From an uncultured delta proteobacterium (GTDB lineage: Bacteria > Desulfobacterota > Binatia > Binatales > Binataceae), in NCBI GenBank assembly GCA_963724765.1, contig CAVRVY010000001.1, positions 608,001 to 672,000 of the forward strand: 64,000 nucleotides of DNA, read 5' to 3'. A model generated the notes under the pieces. The model searched no databases. It saw only the letters and a list, made by a program, of their open reading frames with translations, and was not told the DNA's origin. Numbering within the stretch: position 1 is the first letter of the stretch; every line of letters starts with the position of its first letter. Both the position numbers and the translations under genes were made by a program. Shown here one piece after another: positions 21,208-31,009 of this stretch.

Positions 21208-22788
21208 ATGCGGTTTAGGAGGGCCTTAGGACTCGCTTCGCTGCCAACCTTGTTGCTTGTTTTGTGCAGCCCTTCGCTAGGCACGGCCTGCCAGACCTAT
21301 GACGAGTACAGCCTCACTGGTTGCGTTGACTTTTGGACCTCGGCGTATGTTCGACTGCCGCAAACTCATCGGACACTCTTTAATGCTCAGACGGAGAAAT
21401 TCTTTACAACGCATGCGGATATCATCGAGTTCAATCGAAGTGAATTTCATGTAACGCTCGATCAGCAGCCGGCTCGTCTGTCCGACGCGCTGGGCTTTCC
21501 AATTAGCTGGCACTTGGAGCTCCGACCGTGGTACGATTCCACCTACGACCTTCCAGATACTGTCGGCCAGGGAAGGTTTCATCAGTTTCTGGCGGACCAG
21601 CTTGAAACGAACGTCAATGGTCGTATGGCTGATAACTACGACCCCCTCTTTCGCGAGTACTACGTCGATCTTCGACCACCTCACTTCTTTATTCGCTTGG
21701 GCCGCCAGATCATTGCCTGGGGCAAGTCTGACGGCGTGTATATGTTGGACATCGTAAACAACTTTAACCTGGTGAATCCGGAGATCTTCAACGAGCAAAA
21801 CATCAAGATTCCGGAGTGGGCGGCGAACGTTAATTATAACGTGACGGCAAAACAAACAGTGCAGCTTCTTTTCATTCCGCAATACCTCCCGACCTATTAC
21901 GCTGGTATCCAGATCGCACATGGGCTCCCGCAGCAAGGTGGCTACGGTGACTTTACCTACAACTCCACGGCCAATTTTAACAATTTCCTGAACGGATCGT
22001 TCGGCTTCAAAGTTCCGACAAGCTTTAATTTGCCGTCAACCCGCCTGAACAATTGGGTCTATGGTGCGCGCTGGTCCGACGATTCTACTGAATTTCACTA
22101 CACGCTCAACTACCTTTATACCTGGACGACTAGCATGATTGGCTATCCGAGTAACACTGCGACATGGGCAACCGCCACGACTGGTGCGTGGCGTCCGCAT
22201 CGGATGCACGTAGCAGGAGGTTCAGTCGACTACGATGTGAATACTGGAAACGCTTGGACAGATGGCACTGTGTTTCGAGTGGAGAGTGCTGTTACCACGG
22301 GAGATGTATACTACGAAGGTTTGCTGGGTCAACCTGTGGATGTTACGCACTGGGGCCTCCTTGGAGCGGTGGATAAAACGATTCTGAGCAGCTACCTCGA
22401 GCGGCCGATATTTTTCAGCTTCCAGTACTGGCAGGACTATGTGCTCAGGCGAAATAACTATTGCGCTTGCGGCGGGAATGACAGCATGTTTCAGGATGCT
22501 GGCTTCTATGGAAGCAAGGCTGGCATGCGCGGTTTATACAAGAGTATTTCGACGTTGTTTCTCGACAAGACCTGGCTGTCCGGAGATTTTTGGGACACAA
22601 ACGTGTCTGTCGTATATGAGTGGCAATTCCACGACTGGTGGATAAAGCCCCAAGTAACGTACATGGTGAATGATAAGACGAGTGTGGATGTGGGATTCGA
22701 TATCTTCGCCGGAGGGTTTCAGACACCATATGGAGAGTTCACCAATAACAGTAATATTTATGCTGAGCTTCATCGTGTTCTTTGGTAA
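21208..22788 (+). CDS. DUF1302-family outer-membrane beta-barrel protein
   Basis: Signal peptide, FREYYVD..IRLGRQIIAWGKSDG..LDIVN motif, amphipathic strands, terminal aromatic residue. Confidence 0.85.
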   Translation: MRFRRALGLASLPTLLLVLCSPSLGTACQTYDEYSLTGCVDFWTSAYVRLPQTHRTLFNAQTEKFFTTHADIIEFNRSEFHVTLDQQPARLSDALGFPISWHLELRPWYDSTYDLPDTVGQGRFHQFLADQLETNVNGRMADNYDPLFREYYVDLRPPHFFIRLGRQIIAWGKSDGVYMLDIVNNFNLVNPEIFNEQNIKIPEWAANVNYNVTAKQTVQLLFIPQYLPTYYAGIQIAHGLPQQGGYGDFTYNSTANFNNFLNGSFGFKVPTSFNLPSTRLNNWVYGARWSDDSTEFHYTLNYLYTWTTSMIGYPSNTATWATATTGAWRPHRMHVAGGSVDYDVNTGNAWTDGTVFRVESAVTTGDVYYEGLLGQPVDVTHWGLLGAVDKTILSSYLERPIFFSFQYWQDYVLRRNNYCACGGNDSMFQDAGFYGSKAGMRGLYKSISTLFLDKTWLSGDFWDTNVSVVYEWQFHDWWIKPQVTYMVNDKTSVDVGFDIFAGGFQTPYGEFTNNSNIYAELHRVLW

Positions 22789-22895
22789 CGATTTGCGCAG
22801 TACGGCGTTCACGTGCATCAATAGCCTGTGCGCTGAACGGAGATGTAGGCGGGGACAAGACGTTTAAGTGATTAATTTACTAGGAGGATAGGAGA

Positions 22896-23396
22896 ATGGC
22901 GAAGATAGGAGGCACGCAAGGCCAGCCCGCGGACTTGGCGGCAATAGATGAGCTGTACGAGAGGTGGCGCTCGGCGTGGTTGAAACTGGATCCGAAACTG
23001 ATGTTGTCGTGTTTCGATGGCGAGTTCGATGGTTTAATTTACCAGTCTGAAGAGAACCCTGAAGCGCTGTTCGCCTATGCGGATCTAGTGAAATACTGGA
23101 ATAACGCGCCGAGCATTCTAACCGGGGTTTCCGAATGGACGGATTTGAATAAAAAGGTCGTTTTCCTCGGAGAGGACTCGGTCGTCATCTGGACGCTGCT
23201 GCAGACTAACCTAAATCTGAAAACCTCTCCGCCCCAGGACCTTGGCGGTAAGCTGCGTTGCGTGCTAGGGCTACGCAAAGCCAAGGGGAAGTGGCTAATA
23301 GTGCATTATAACGAGTCCCGTCAGTTTTTGATTAGTCCGGTCCCGGATAAGCTGTGGAGCTTTGGGGTCGACTACACTACAAATGTGCGGCACTAA
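22896..23396 (+). CDS. SnoaL/NTF2-like protein
   Basis: IDELYERWRSAW..D...GLRKAKGKWLIVHYNES typical NTF2-like ends. AGGAG RBS. Confidence 0.8.
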   Translation: MAKIGGTQGQPADLAAIDELYERWRSAWLKLDPKLMLSCFDGEFDGLIYQSEENPEALFAYADLVKYWNNAPSILTGVSEWTDLNKKVVFLGEDSVVIWTLLQTNLNLKTSPPQDLGGKLRCVLGLRKAKGKWLIVHYNESRQFLISPVPDKLWSFGVDYTTNVRH

Positions 23397-23443
23397 GACC
23401 TCGCTGAGTAGCATAAGCTCGGGATCGCAAAGGAGTTCACCCC

Positions 23444-24745
23444 ATGGAGCTCTGTCTTAAGAGACTGCTTGTTGCTTTGCCGGTTGCAGCATGTGTCGCC
23501 CTATTAGCATCTGCTCTCTTCGCTGTGACCCCTGTCGACCACAACCCCGCTGCGCTTTGGCCGGACAATGTCGCTTCCCTTTCGAACGAAGATTTAGCGG
23601 CACTCGTTCGTAAGCTGCAACCTCTGGTGCCTACAGTCATCGCGGGTAAGCCGTACAGTATTACGGCTGGAGAAACACCAGGGACCTATACGGTAAAATG
23701 GGGTAACGAATCGATGTTATGGAAGCCGGAGCCCTGGATGGAGCCAGCCTATGCCAAGCTAGGTCCCTATTACTACCTACAATGGCTAAGGAAGGGACTA
23801 CCTTATCGCTGGGAGCTACCGTTGGACCAGAGAACCAAGCTCACAGGGCCGGATTACATGTCTCGCTGCCTCGCATTTACCTACTACATGGCTGATGCTG
23901 ATAACGGCTGGGATCAGTGGGAACAAAAGATATATTTACCAGACGGGAAGCTTCGCACGGAATCCAAGTTTTTCGAGGCCTATGGGACACCTTTGTTCGG
24001 CCGTGGACTTCAGTACTATAGCGGGTCGGAGGCTAAAAAGGTTAATCGCCTTTACGCGTGGGAAGCGTTTGCTCCCGAGGAGTTACGTGGAGAAGGTGGT
24101 ATCACTACAGAATACAGGGATCCAAATGTAATTCCCGAGGACCTACTGTATTTGCCCACGGTCCGTAAGACAAGACGTTTGGCTGGGGCGGTGGCGCAGC
24201 AATACTTTCCGGGCACTATATTTCGCTACGAGGATGTCACGTTTAACACCGCATTGCCACAGCTGAATTATAAGGTTGTAGGGTATAAACTATTTGACGC
24301 ATCGCAGGCGAAGCTTCATGGCTATAGAGCTGACGCCTACCCGGAAGCTAAAAGAATTGGCGATGATGGAGATGTTGCGGTCTTAGTAGAGATAACGCCT
24401 AAACCAGGAGTGAGCTGGTGGTATGCGAGACGAGTAGTCAGCTGCGGGTTGATGGAATTAGCCCTATCTCAAGATCAAGTATTTGATGCCGGCGGTCGAT
24501 TGATTCGACAAAGCGCGCAGCAAGTCATGACGGGTAGTGTGCTCCATATGGGGAGTCCGGATGGCCCACCCGCGCCGGATTGGTGGACGACATGGGGTGC
24601 GGAGAGCGTAGAGGAGTTCAGCACGGGTTTCGAGCAGGATGCGTGGGTACAAACGGGTGGGTATAACGCTCCAGCTCCTGCGTCGTGGTTCACTGTGGAC
24701 ACTTTAGCACGGCAGCCGATGACGCTTAGCCAATGGATACGATGA
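23444..24745 (+). CDS. DUF1329-like periplasmic (LolA-like) protein, divergent
   Basis: Signal peptide. APEELRG..EDLLYLPTVRKTRRLAG..GTIFRYED matches the DUF1329 core motif. Confidence 0.75.
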   Translation: MELCLKRLLVALPVAACVALLASALFAVTPVDHNPAALWPDNVASLSNEDLAALVRKLQPLVPTVIAGKPYSITAGETPGTYTVKWGNESMLWKPEPWMEPAYAKLGPYYYLQWLRKGLPYRWELPLDQRTKLTGPDYMSRCLAFTYYMADADNGWDQWEQKIYLPDGKLRTESKFFEAYGTPLFGRGLQYYSGSEAKKVNRLYAWEAFAPEELRGEGGITTEYRDPNVIPEDLLYLPTVRKTRRLAGAVAQQYFPGTIFRYEDVTFNTALPQLNYKVVGYKLFDASQAKLHGYRADAYPEAKRIGDDGDVAVLVEITPKPGVSWWYARRVVSCGLMELALSQDQVFDAGGRLIRQSAQQVMTGSVLHMGSPDGPPAPDWWTTWGAESVEEFSTGFEQDAWVQTGGYNAPAPASWFTVDTLARQPMTLSQWIR

Positions 24746-24830
24746 TTTCCAGGGGCGGCGACCTCTCAGGATTACCCGGAGGGATTCGGGAGATGGCGCT
24801 GTTTGATGGCGCAGCGCCAGCGAGAAAAAC

Positions 24831-27329
24831 GTGGCTGAGGTGAAGGCATGGACGGACGAATATCGAGGCGTTGACTTCAGCCTCGCTCGGCTGGCGCGTT
24901 TTTTCATTCGACAGCGCAAGCTGGGGATCGCGCTGCAAATAGTTATTGCGGCGCTTTGCATCTGGTCGTTGACCACCATGCGTCTACGTGACGACCCTAA
25001 TGAGTGGGCGCCGCCGAGCGACCCGCTGGTTAAACTTAATCATAAAATAATGGGAATGTTTGGCGGGGGCAACTCCGTCAGCATCGAAATAGCGGTGAGC
25101 CAGGGCACCATCTACACCGTCGATAATCTGAACACCATCAAGGAGATTACAGACGCACTCTACCTGGTACCCGGTTGCATACCTTTCGCCGTTAGGTCGC
25201 TGTCGACATTAAGCAGTGAACATTATGAAATTACCAACCTTGGCGCGCCTGATGAGACCTTCCTGATCACTCCTGTAATGCCACAGTTTGTGCGCTCGAG
25301 CGCAGAAGTCGAACAGATAGAAGCAGCGACTCTGACGAGCCCTTTGTTGAATGGAGTTTTCGTTTCGAAAGATGGGAAAGCGGCTTTAATCCGGGCGGAC
25401 TTTCGTTCCGAGGTTCCACCTGGCGCCCGTGTGCAAATGGAAACCACCGAGCCAGTGGCCATTTACCGTGCGGTAACCTCAATCCTTCGCCGTTATCAGC
25501 GCCCCGGTGTTAGTCTGCGTGCAGCGGGAACCCCCATCATCATAGGTTGGGTTAACAGCGTAGGTCTATGGTACATTGCTGGTGCGTTCACGTTCTTCTT
25601 AGCAGTTATCGCGTGCATACTATGGTACGCGTTTCGTAGTTACAGCGCCGTCCTGCTGCCATTGCGAGTCGCCCTGCTCGGCGTACTTATGGGGTTCGGG
25701 CTTTATCGCCTCTTCTTCGGGAAAGTTATCTATTCGGCGGCCGCACTGCTCGCACCTTTCATAATAGTTGCTGCGGGCGCCTGCCATTCGGTGCAATTTC
25801 TGACGCGCTTTTTCTACGAGGAATATCCTGCTCGTCGAAACGTGGAGGAGGCAATTGTCAGTACCTTCGTTTCTCGACTGCGACCCATGTTAGTGTCTTT
25901 ACTATGTGATGTCATTCCGTTCGCTGTTATGGCGACTATTCCATTCGAAAATGTCCGAGCCCTCGGAATCGTAGCCGCTTTGGGTTTATCTTCTTTGACG
26001 ATCGATGAATTCGCCATGATGATCCCCGCGCTTAGTTCTGTAACCTTGCATGAACTCGAACGGGTGGGAAGGCGGACCGTCGCGCGGCACACTCGGCGAT
26101 TCGACAAAGTATTAGCGGCTACCTTGCGACAAGTCCTCAGTAGCAGAAACCTAATGCTTTCAATCATCGGTATCGGTGCGCTTGTGACGGTAGGGGGCGC
26201 TTGGATTGTTGGAAGAGCGACGATTGGCCAGGACAATACGTATGCTATTCATAACTATCTGACAAGATCATGGAAGTACAGTGACATCTATTTGATGGAA
26301 CGCGAAATCAGCAATCGCTTCCATGGTGTATACCCGATGATGATATTGGTTGAGCCGGACACAGCGGGAGTCAAGGCCCTGGAACAACCTCAGGTAGTTC
26401 GTGGAATAGATAGGCTGGCGACGTTTATAGCGCAGCAACCTCATGTCGGCAATGTGGTGAATCTTGCTTACCTGGTAAAACTCAATAATGCCTTTATTCA
26501 CGATGACGAGGAAACATATCTCCGCGTGCCAGGCTCGGCGTATTCCTTGGGACAGATATTGCTTGGGATCGCCGACCGCTCCCCAGGAGTATACTCATGG
26601 TTATTCACGAATGATCTAAGCTCGTGCGTGATCATCGCCTATTTGGACAGCACGAGCCCGCAGGTGGTCGAGCATGTTATGCGAATCAGTCAAAGCCGGG
26701 CAGGGAGCCTTTTTAAGGGTTTTCCAGTGAAGGTACAAGTCGCGGGAGGCTCGATTGGCATCGCCTCCGCGTTTAATCACAACGTAAGGTATTGGTTACT
26801 AGCGGGAAGCCTCTTGGGGCTCGGTGGGACATTTTTGCTTTCGGTTGTGTGCATTCGATCCGTTTCTCTTTGTTTCATTTTGTTAATTCCGCTCGTTATG
26901 AGCATGGTACTGGCACTGGCAATCATGTCACTTGCCGGGGTTGAGCTCAATTCGAACGCCATCTCGGCTTTGGCGATCGCAAGTGGGGTCGGGATAGATT
27001 CCGAGGTGTATCTTCTGTACCGCGTTCGAGAGGAGTTCAGGCGGCTGCGAGACTTTAGAGAGGCGCTGGTGCAGGGATACGTCAAAATTCGGCGCGCCCT
27101 CCTTGTATCGAATGGCGCACTCATTTTCGGTTGTTGGGCTTTGATTCCGGTTCCTCTATATATAGGCTATGTCGGTTTTGGAATGGGGCTGGTGTTATTG
27201 TCGTGCTTCATTATGAGTGCGATCCTTTCGCCGATTTTGTGGAACTGGTTCGGAGAGCGAGCAGTTATCGGGAGCGATATAGGCACGGAGTCGACGACGA
27301 GGGTAGGATGGAGAGGCGTAGCCGGATGA
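24831..27329 (+). CDS. MMPL/RND-family transporter
   Basis: Duplicated TM1-periplasmic-TM2-6 layout, AAGACHSVQFLTRF and ASGVGIDSEVYLLYRVREE motifs. GTG start. Confidence 0.9.
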   Translation: MAEVKAWTDEYRGVDFSLARLARFFIRQRKLGIALQIVIAALCIWSLTTMRLRDDPNEWAPPSDPLVKLNHKIMGMFGGGNSVSIEIAVSQGTIYTVDNLNTIKEITDALYLVPGCIPFAVRSLSTLSSEHYEITNLGAPDETFLITPVMPQFVRSSAEVEQIEAATLTSPLLNGVFVSKDGKAALIRADFRSEVPPGARVQMETTEPVAIYRAVTSILRRYQRPGVSLRAAGTPIIIGWVNSVGLWYIAGAFTFFLAVIACILWYAFRSYSAVLLPLRVALLGVLMGFGLYRLFFGKVIYSAAALLAPFIIVAAGACHSVQFLTRFFYEEYPARRNVEEAIVSTFVSRLRPMLVSLLCDVIPFAVMATIPFENVRALGIVAALGLSSLTIDEFAMMIPALSSVTLHELERVGRRTVARHTRRFDKVLAATLRQVLSSRNLMLSIIGIGALVTVGGAWIVGRATIGQDNTYAIHNYLTRSWKYSDIYLMEREISNRFHGVYPMMILVEPDTAGVKALEQPQVVRGIDRLATFIAQQPHVGNVVNLAYLVKLNNAFIHDDEETYLRVPGSAYSLGQILLGIADRSPGVYSWLFTNDLSSCVIIAYLDSTSPQVVEHVMRISQSRAGSLFKGFPVKVQVAGGSIGIASAFNHNVRYWLLAGSLLGLGGTFLLSVVCIRSVSLCFILLIPLVMSMVLALAIMSLAGVELNSNAISALAIASGVGIDSEVYLLYRVREEFRRLRDFREALVQGYVKIRRALLVSNGALIFGCWALIPVPLYIGYVGFGMGLVLLSCFIMSAILSPILWNWFGERAVIGSDIGTESTTRVGWRGVAG

Positions 27330-27536
27330 GAATCAGACTTGGGAAGTGCGGATTGTCATTCGAGAGAGTTTGTCAAAGATTCGATGCGACGTTGCCCGTG
27401 CGGTTGCAAGGTCGAGCAGCGTGGTGGGTAAGGTCAGTTAAGCGCGGTCGAAATGTGCGGTCGCGTTAAAGGCTGAATGCGTAAGTGTAATGGCTCGGTA
27501 TGGAGAATATGCGGAGGACGAACAGTATAGATAGTC

Positions 27537-27854
27537 ATGCCAGTGCCGCCCTTCGATACGTCTGTGGCTGACGAGTTTCGTGCTAACCCATTCGGTAAGC
27601 ACAGCCCTGCGCTGCAACGCGTTCTCAACATTATGCGTGGCGCGTCGGTTTCCGACAAGTACGTATTGATCTGTGTAAAACCCTATCAAGAATGGGTTCT
27701 TGGTCAGCTTGCCGGACAGCCGGGAGTGCCAGTTCGAGTGTTTTGGGAGCATCGATTCAATTCTATCGAAGGGGCTGAATGGTTTGTATTCAAGCTACGT
27801 TGGAAGGCGTTGACTGGCGAAGCTCTCGAGGATTCAGGCAAGCGGGCAGTTTAG
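27537..27854 (+). CDS. N,N-dimethylformamidase small-subunit-like protein
   Basis: EFRANPFGKHSPALQRVLNIMR..KYVLICVKPYQEW..AEWFVFKLRW, immediately upstream of the large subunit. Confidence 0.75.
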   Translation: MPVPPFDTSVADEFRANPFGKHSPALQRVLNIMRGASVSDKYVLICVKPYQEWVLGQLAGQPGVPVRVFWEHRFNSIEGAEWFVFKLRWKALTGEALEDSGKRAV

Positions 27855-27875
27855 CCGTTGGTGGGTTGACTACGT

Positions 27876-30155
27876 ATGGAGAATGTAACCAAGACGGTCT
27901 TCGGTTATGCTGATCGCTGGAGCGTGCGACCCGGCGATCAACTTTCCGTGAAGGTCAGTTGCGCGACTGGGAAGACGTATCAGGCACGGCTCGTCCGCGT
28001 TGTCCATGGAGATGCAAATCCCGCGGGACCGGGCGTCAGGTTAGAAGCCATACCCTCGGGAATCGACGGGCATTATCCTGCGCGCCAGCAGTATCTACGT
28101 GCTGGCTCCTATGCTGTGATCCCACCGACGATGCAGCTGAATCTGCGGACTGGCTTCACTGTTCAGGCATACGTCTGGCCGACGATGCCGGCACGTAATG
28201 ATCAGACGCTGCTTTCACTTTGGGATGATCGAAACCAGGCTGGACTTGTTTTCCAAATGGATCATACCGGCGCAGCTTCGCTCGTTCTGGGGAATGGCCT
28301 CGGTGGGAAGGAGGTCTTTTCGACCGGCAAGCCGCTCCGCGGGAGAGAGTGGTACCTGATTTCAGCGAGTTACGACATCAAGGCGCACGTGATCTCAGTT
28401 TGCCAACGACCACTTAGCGTCTGTAATTTCTCTGAGGACGGAGCGTACGTAACGCGAGCGTGTACCGCCGGGAGCTTCGCCTGCCCAGGCGGCACCCCGC
28501 TGTTATTAGCCGCTCGTCTGTCGGTCGACGGCGCGTCCAACAAAGCTGACAGCTGCTTCAATGGCAAAATCGACCGACCTCGTTTGGCGAGGCGGGCGCT
28601 CAGTGAAAGTGAAATAGTGCGATTGGCAGCATATCGGATACCGGCAGATCTTCAGACCGATGTCGTTGCAGCATGGGATTTCAGTCAGGATATCTCCACG
28701 ACCACGATCCGTGACCTCTCCTCTAACCGGTTGAATGGAGAACTGATCAACCTGCCGGCGCGCGCAATGAAGGGCGCTAATTGGGATGGGCGCGAAATGT
28801 GCTGGCGCCACGCGCCGGACGAGTACGGGGCGATCCATTTTCACGAAGATGACCTTTACGACGCGGGCTGGCAGACCGATTTCATTCTTTCTGTTCCAGA
28901 TGACCTGAGGGGCGGAATCTACGCAATCAATCTTATCGGAGACGATGATGAGGACTTTGTACCGTTCGTAGTGCGGCCTAAGCAAAGCAAAGAGCGCAGC
29001 AAACTAGCTTTCCTAGTCCCCACCGCGAGTTACATGGCCTATTCGAACAATCACCTTGCGCTCGACCTACCTCTTTTCGAGGCGGCCTGCGATCATGTTT
29101 CTATTCTTTATCCTGGTGACGTTTTCCTTCAGAAACATCGCGAGTTCGGTCTTTCCGCATATGACACACACGTCGACGGTAGCGGGGTCTGTTATTCTTC
29201 ATACCTGCGTCCGGTACTGAACATGCGCCCGAAGTATGCGAGCCCGTTGGGTGGTCACGGCTCTTCGCTCTGGCAGTTTAATGCGGATACACACATCATC
29301 GATTGGCTAGAAGCAAACGACTATGCGTATGAATGCTTGACCGATGAGGATCTCCATTTCGAAGGCTCGCGAGCTCTAGACCCCTACTTGGTCGTTATGA
29401 CAGGAACCCATCCAGAGTATTGGTCACAGGAGATGTGGGACGCACTCGAACATTTCAAGCGTAGGGGCGGGCGCCTTATTTATATGGGCGGTAACGGTTG
29501 GTACTGGCGTATAGCTTTTCATCCGACGTTGCCAGGCGTGATCGAGGTGCGACGCGGCGAAGGGGGCACGCGAACGTGGGCCGCAGAGCCGGGAGAGTAC
29601 TATCACAGTTTTACCGGAGAGTATGGTGGCCTGTGGCGGCGAGTGGACAAACCGCCGAATATAATGTGTGGCGTCGGCTTCACAGCGCAAGGTTTCGACG
29701 TGTCGTCATATTACGTCCGTAAAAACGGTAGTTTCGATGCGCGTGCTGGCTTTATCTTCCAGAATGTCCGAGACGATGAAACGATAGGAAACTTTGGTCT
29801 TATCGGCGGTGGTGCCGCCGGGCTGGAATTGGACCGTGCGGATGCCCTACTCGGCACCCCGCCTCACGCGCTGGTTCTTGCCTCCTCTGTGGGGCACTCG
29901 AATGCGTACCAATTTGTGGTCGAGGAGCTGCTGGCGACCGGGCCTGGGACTGGTGGCACAGAGAACGCAATGGTGCGAGCCGACCTGGTGTTCTTCGAGA
30001 CGTCGGCTGGCGGAGCCGTGTTTTCAACCGGCTCCATCGCATGGGCGGGAAGCCTTTCGCACAACAATTACGACAACAACGTATCCAAGATCACCACCAA
30101 CGTACTGGATCGCTTTCTGGATCCTACTCCGTTCGAGGTAAACAGAAACACATAG
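27876..30155 (+). CDS. N,N-dimethylformamidase large-subunit family protein (LamG-like insert)
   Basis: GYADRWSVRPG, YGAIHFHEDDL, PTASYMAYSN, GLSAYDTH.DGSG, NADTHIIDWLE, GTHPEYWS, YMGGNGWYW, GLELDR, VFSTGSIAW. Confidence 0.9.
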   Translation: MENVTKTVFGYADRWSVRPGDQLSVKVSCATGKTYQARLVRVVHGDANPAGPGVRLEAIPSGIDGHYPARQQYLRAGSYAVIPPTMQLNLRTGFTVQAYVWPTMPARNDQTLLSLWDDRNQAGLVFQMDHTGAASLVLGNGLGGKEVFSTGKPLRGREWYLISASYDIKAHVISVCQRPLSVCNFSEDGAYVTRACTAGSFACPGGTPLLLAARLSVDGASNKADSCFNGKIDRPRLARRALSESEIVRLAAYRIPADLQTDVVAAWDFSQDISTTTIRDLSSNRLNGELINLPARAMKGANWDGREMCWRHAPDEYGAIHFHEDDLYDAGWQTDFILSVPDDLRGGIYAINLIGDDDEDFVPFVVRPKQSKERSKLAFLVPTASYMAYSNNHLALDLPLFEAACDHVSILYPGDVFLQKHREFGLSAYDTHVDGSGVCYSSYLRPVLNMRPKYASPLGGHGSSLWQFNADTHIIDWLEANDYAYECLTDEDLHFEGSRALDPYLVVMTGTHPEYWSQEMWDALEHFKRRGGRLIYMGGNGWYWRIAFHPTLPGVIEVRRGEGGTRTWAAEPGEYYHSFTGEYGGLWRRVDKPPNIMCGVGFTAQGFDVSSYYVRKNGSFDARAGFIFQNVRDDETIGNFGLIGGGAAGLELDRADALLGTPPHALVLASSVGHSNAYQFVVEELLATGPGTGGTENAMVRADLVFFETSAGGAVFSTGSIAWAGSLSHNNYDNNVSKITTNVLDRFLDPTPFEVNRNT

Positions 30156-30339
30156 GTGTTCAAGCTCTATGGCGATAGATTGTAAACGCAACTTGGCATA
30201 CGAATAAGCCTGGTTTAGTATTAACTCTCAGCTGGTATGAGTGACGCGGGAAAAGTACTAAAATCCGAGCACGTGCAGCATCGACTCCCTATAAGGTCCA
30301 GGGATGGAGTGCTTTTTCCAATCAGGGAGCGGAACTTAG

Positions 30340-30458
30340 AAGGTTGCGGAAAAGGTGTTTTTGACGCCTGACAACATTGATAGAAGACGCACTCTGATGA
30401 TCGTAGTAATGCTCACTCTTCGCCGAAATCGTCTTTCGCTGGGTTTTTCCGCAACCTG
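30340..30458. mobile_element. 119-bp MITE with IS5-like ends, TTAG duplication
   Basis: AGGTTGCGGAAAA ... TTTTCCGCAACCT inverted ends, TTAG at 30336-30339 and 30459-30462, no coding capacity. Confidence 0.8.
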
Positions 30459-30482
30459 TTAGAGAGGAGGGTCCTCAATTGT

Positions 30483-30887
30483 ATGACAAATAAAAGACGA
30501 ACCACAGAAGCTTGCACTGCAATCTTGGTAATTCTACTGGCAAATTGTGCAGTTCCTTCGGCGCAAGGTGAAGCAAAGCCAGAGCCAGTGGCGATCCTAA
30601 ATATGGGCGACATAAACATGTCTACTATGGCTCCGGCAAAGGTCACTATTCGAGTAGGCGATACCGTTGAATGGATAAACTCAGGCGCTAGGATTCATAT
30701 GGTTCGTAGCCTTCTTGGCAGTCCACAGTTTCGTAGCAAGTATCTGCGGCCAGGCGAGAAGTTCGAGTACAAGTTCACCCAGCCAGGTACGTACCGATAC
30801 AGTTGGATGGCGCACATGCAAGGGAAAAGCGCGGAAGGGTATATAGTTGTCCTGCCAGAACCCCCTCTGGCTGGCTCGCGGAACTGA
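30483..30887 (+). CDS. Secreted cupredoxin-fold (plastocyanin/amicyanin-like) protein lacking the type-1 Cys
   Basis: PAKVTIRVGDTVEWIN..HMV..LRPGEKFEYKFTQPGTYRYSWMAH..GYIVV. Confidence 0.75.
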   Translation: MTNKRRTTEACTAILVILLANCAVPSAQGEAKPEPVAILNMGDINMSTMAPAKVTIRVGDTVEWINSGARIHMVRSLLGSPQFRSKYLRPGEKFEYKFTQPGTYRYSWMAHMQGKSAEGYIVVLPEPPLAGSRN

Positions 30888-31009
30888 GTGATTGACTACC
30901 CGCTCGCTTTGTCGTTACTGGCTCATGCAATTATCAAGGCGAATATATGAGCGCGCTGATCGGGACGAATGTACACGCTGGAGTGAAAGTGACGATTGAG
31001 GAATTATCG

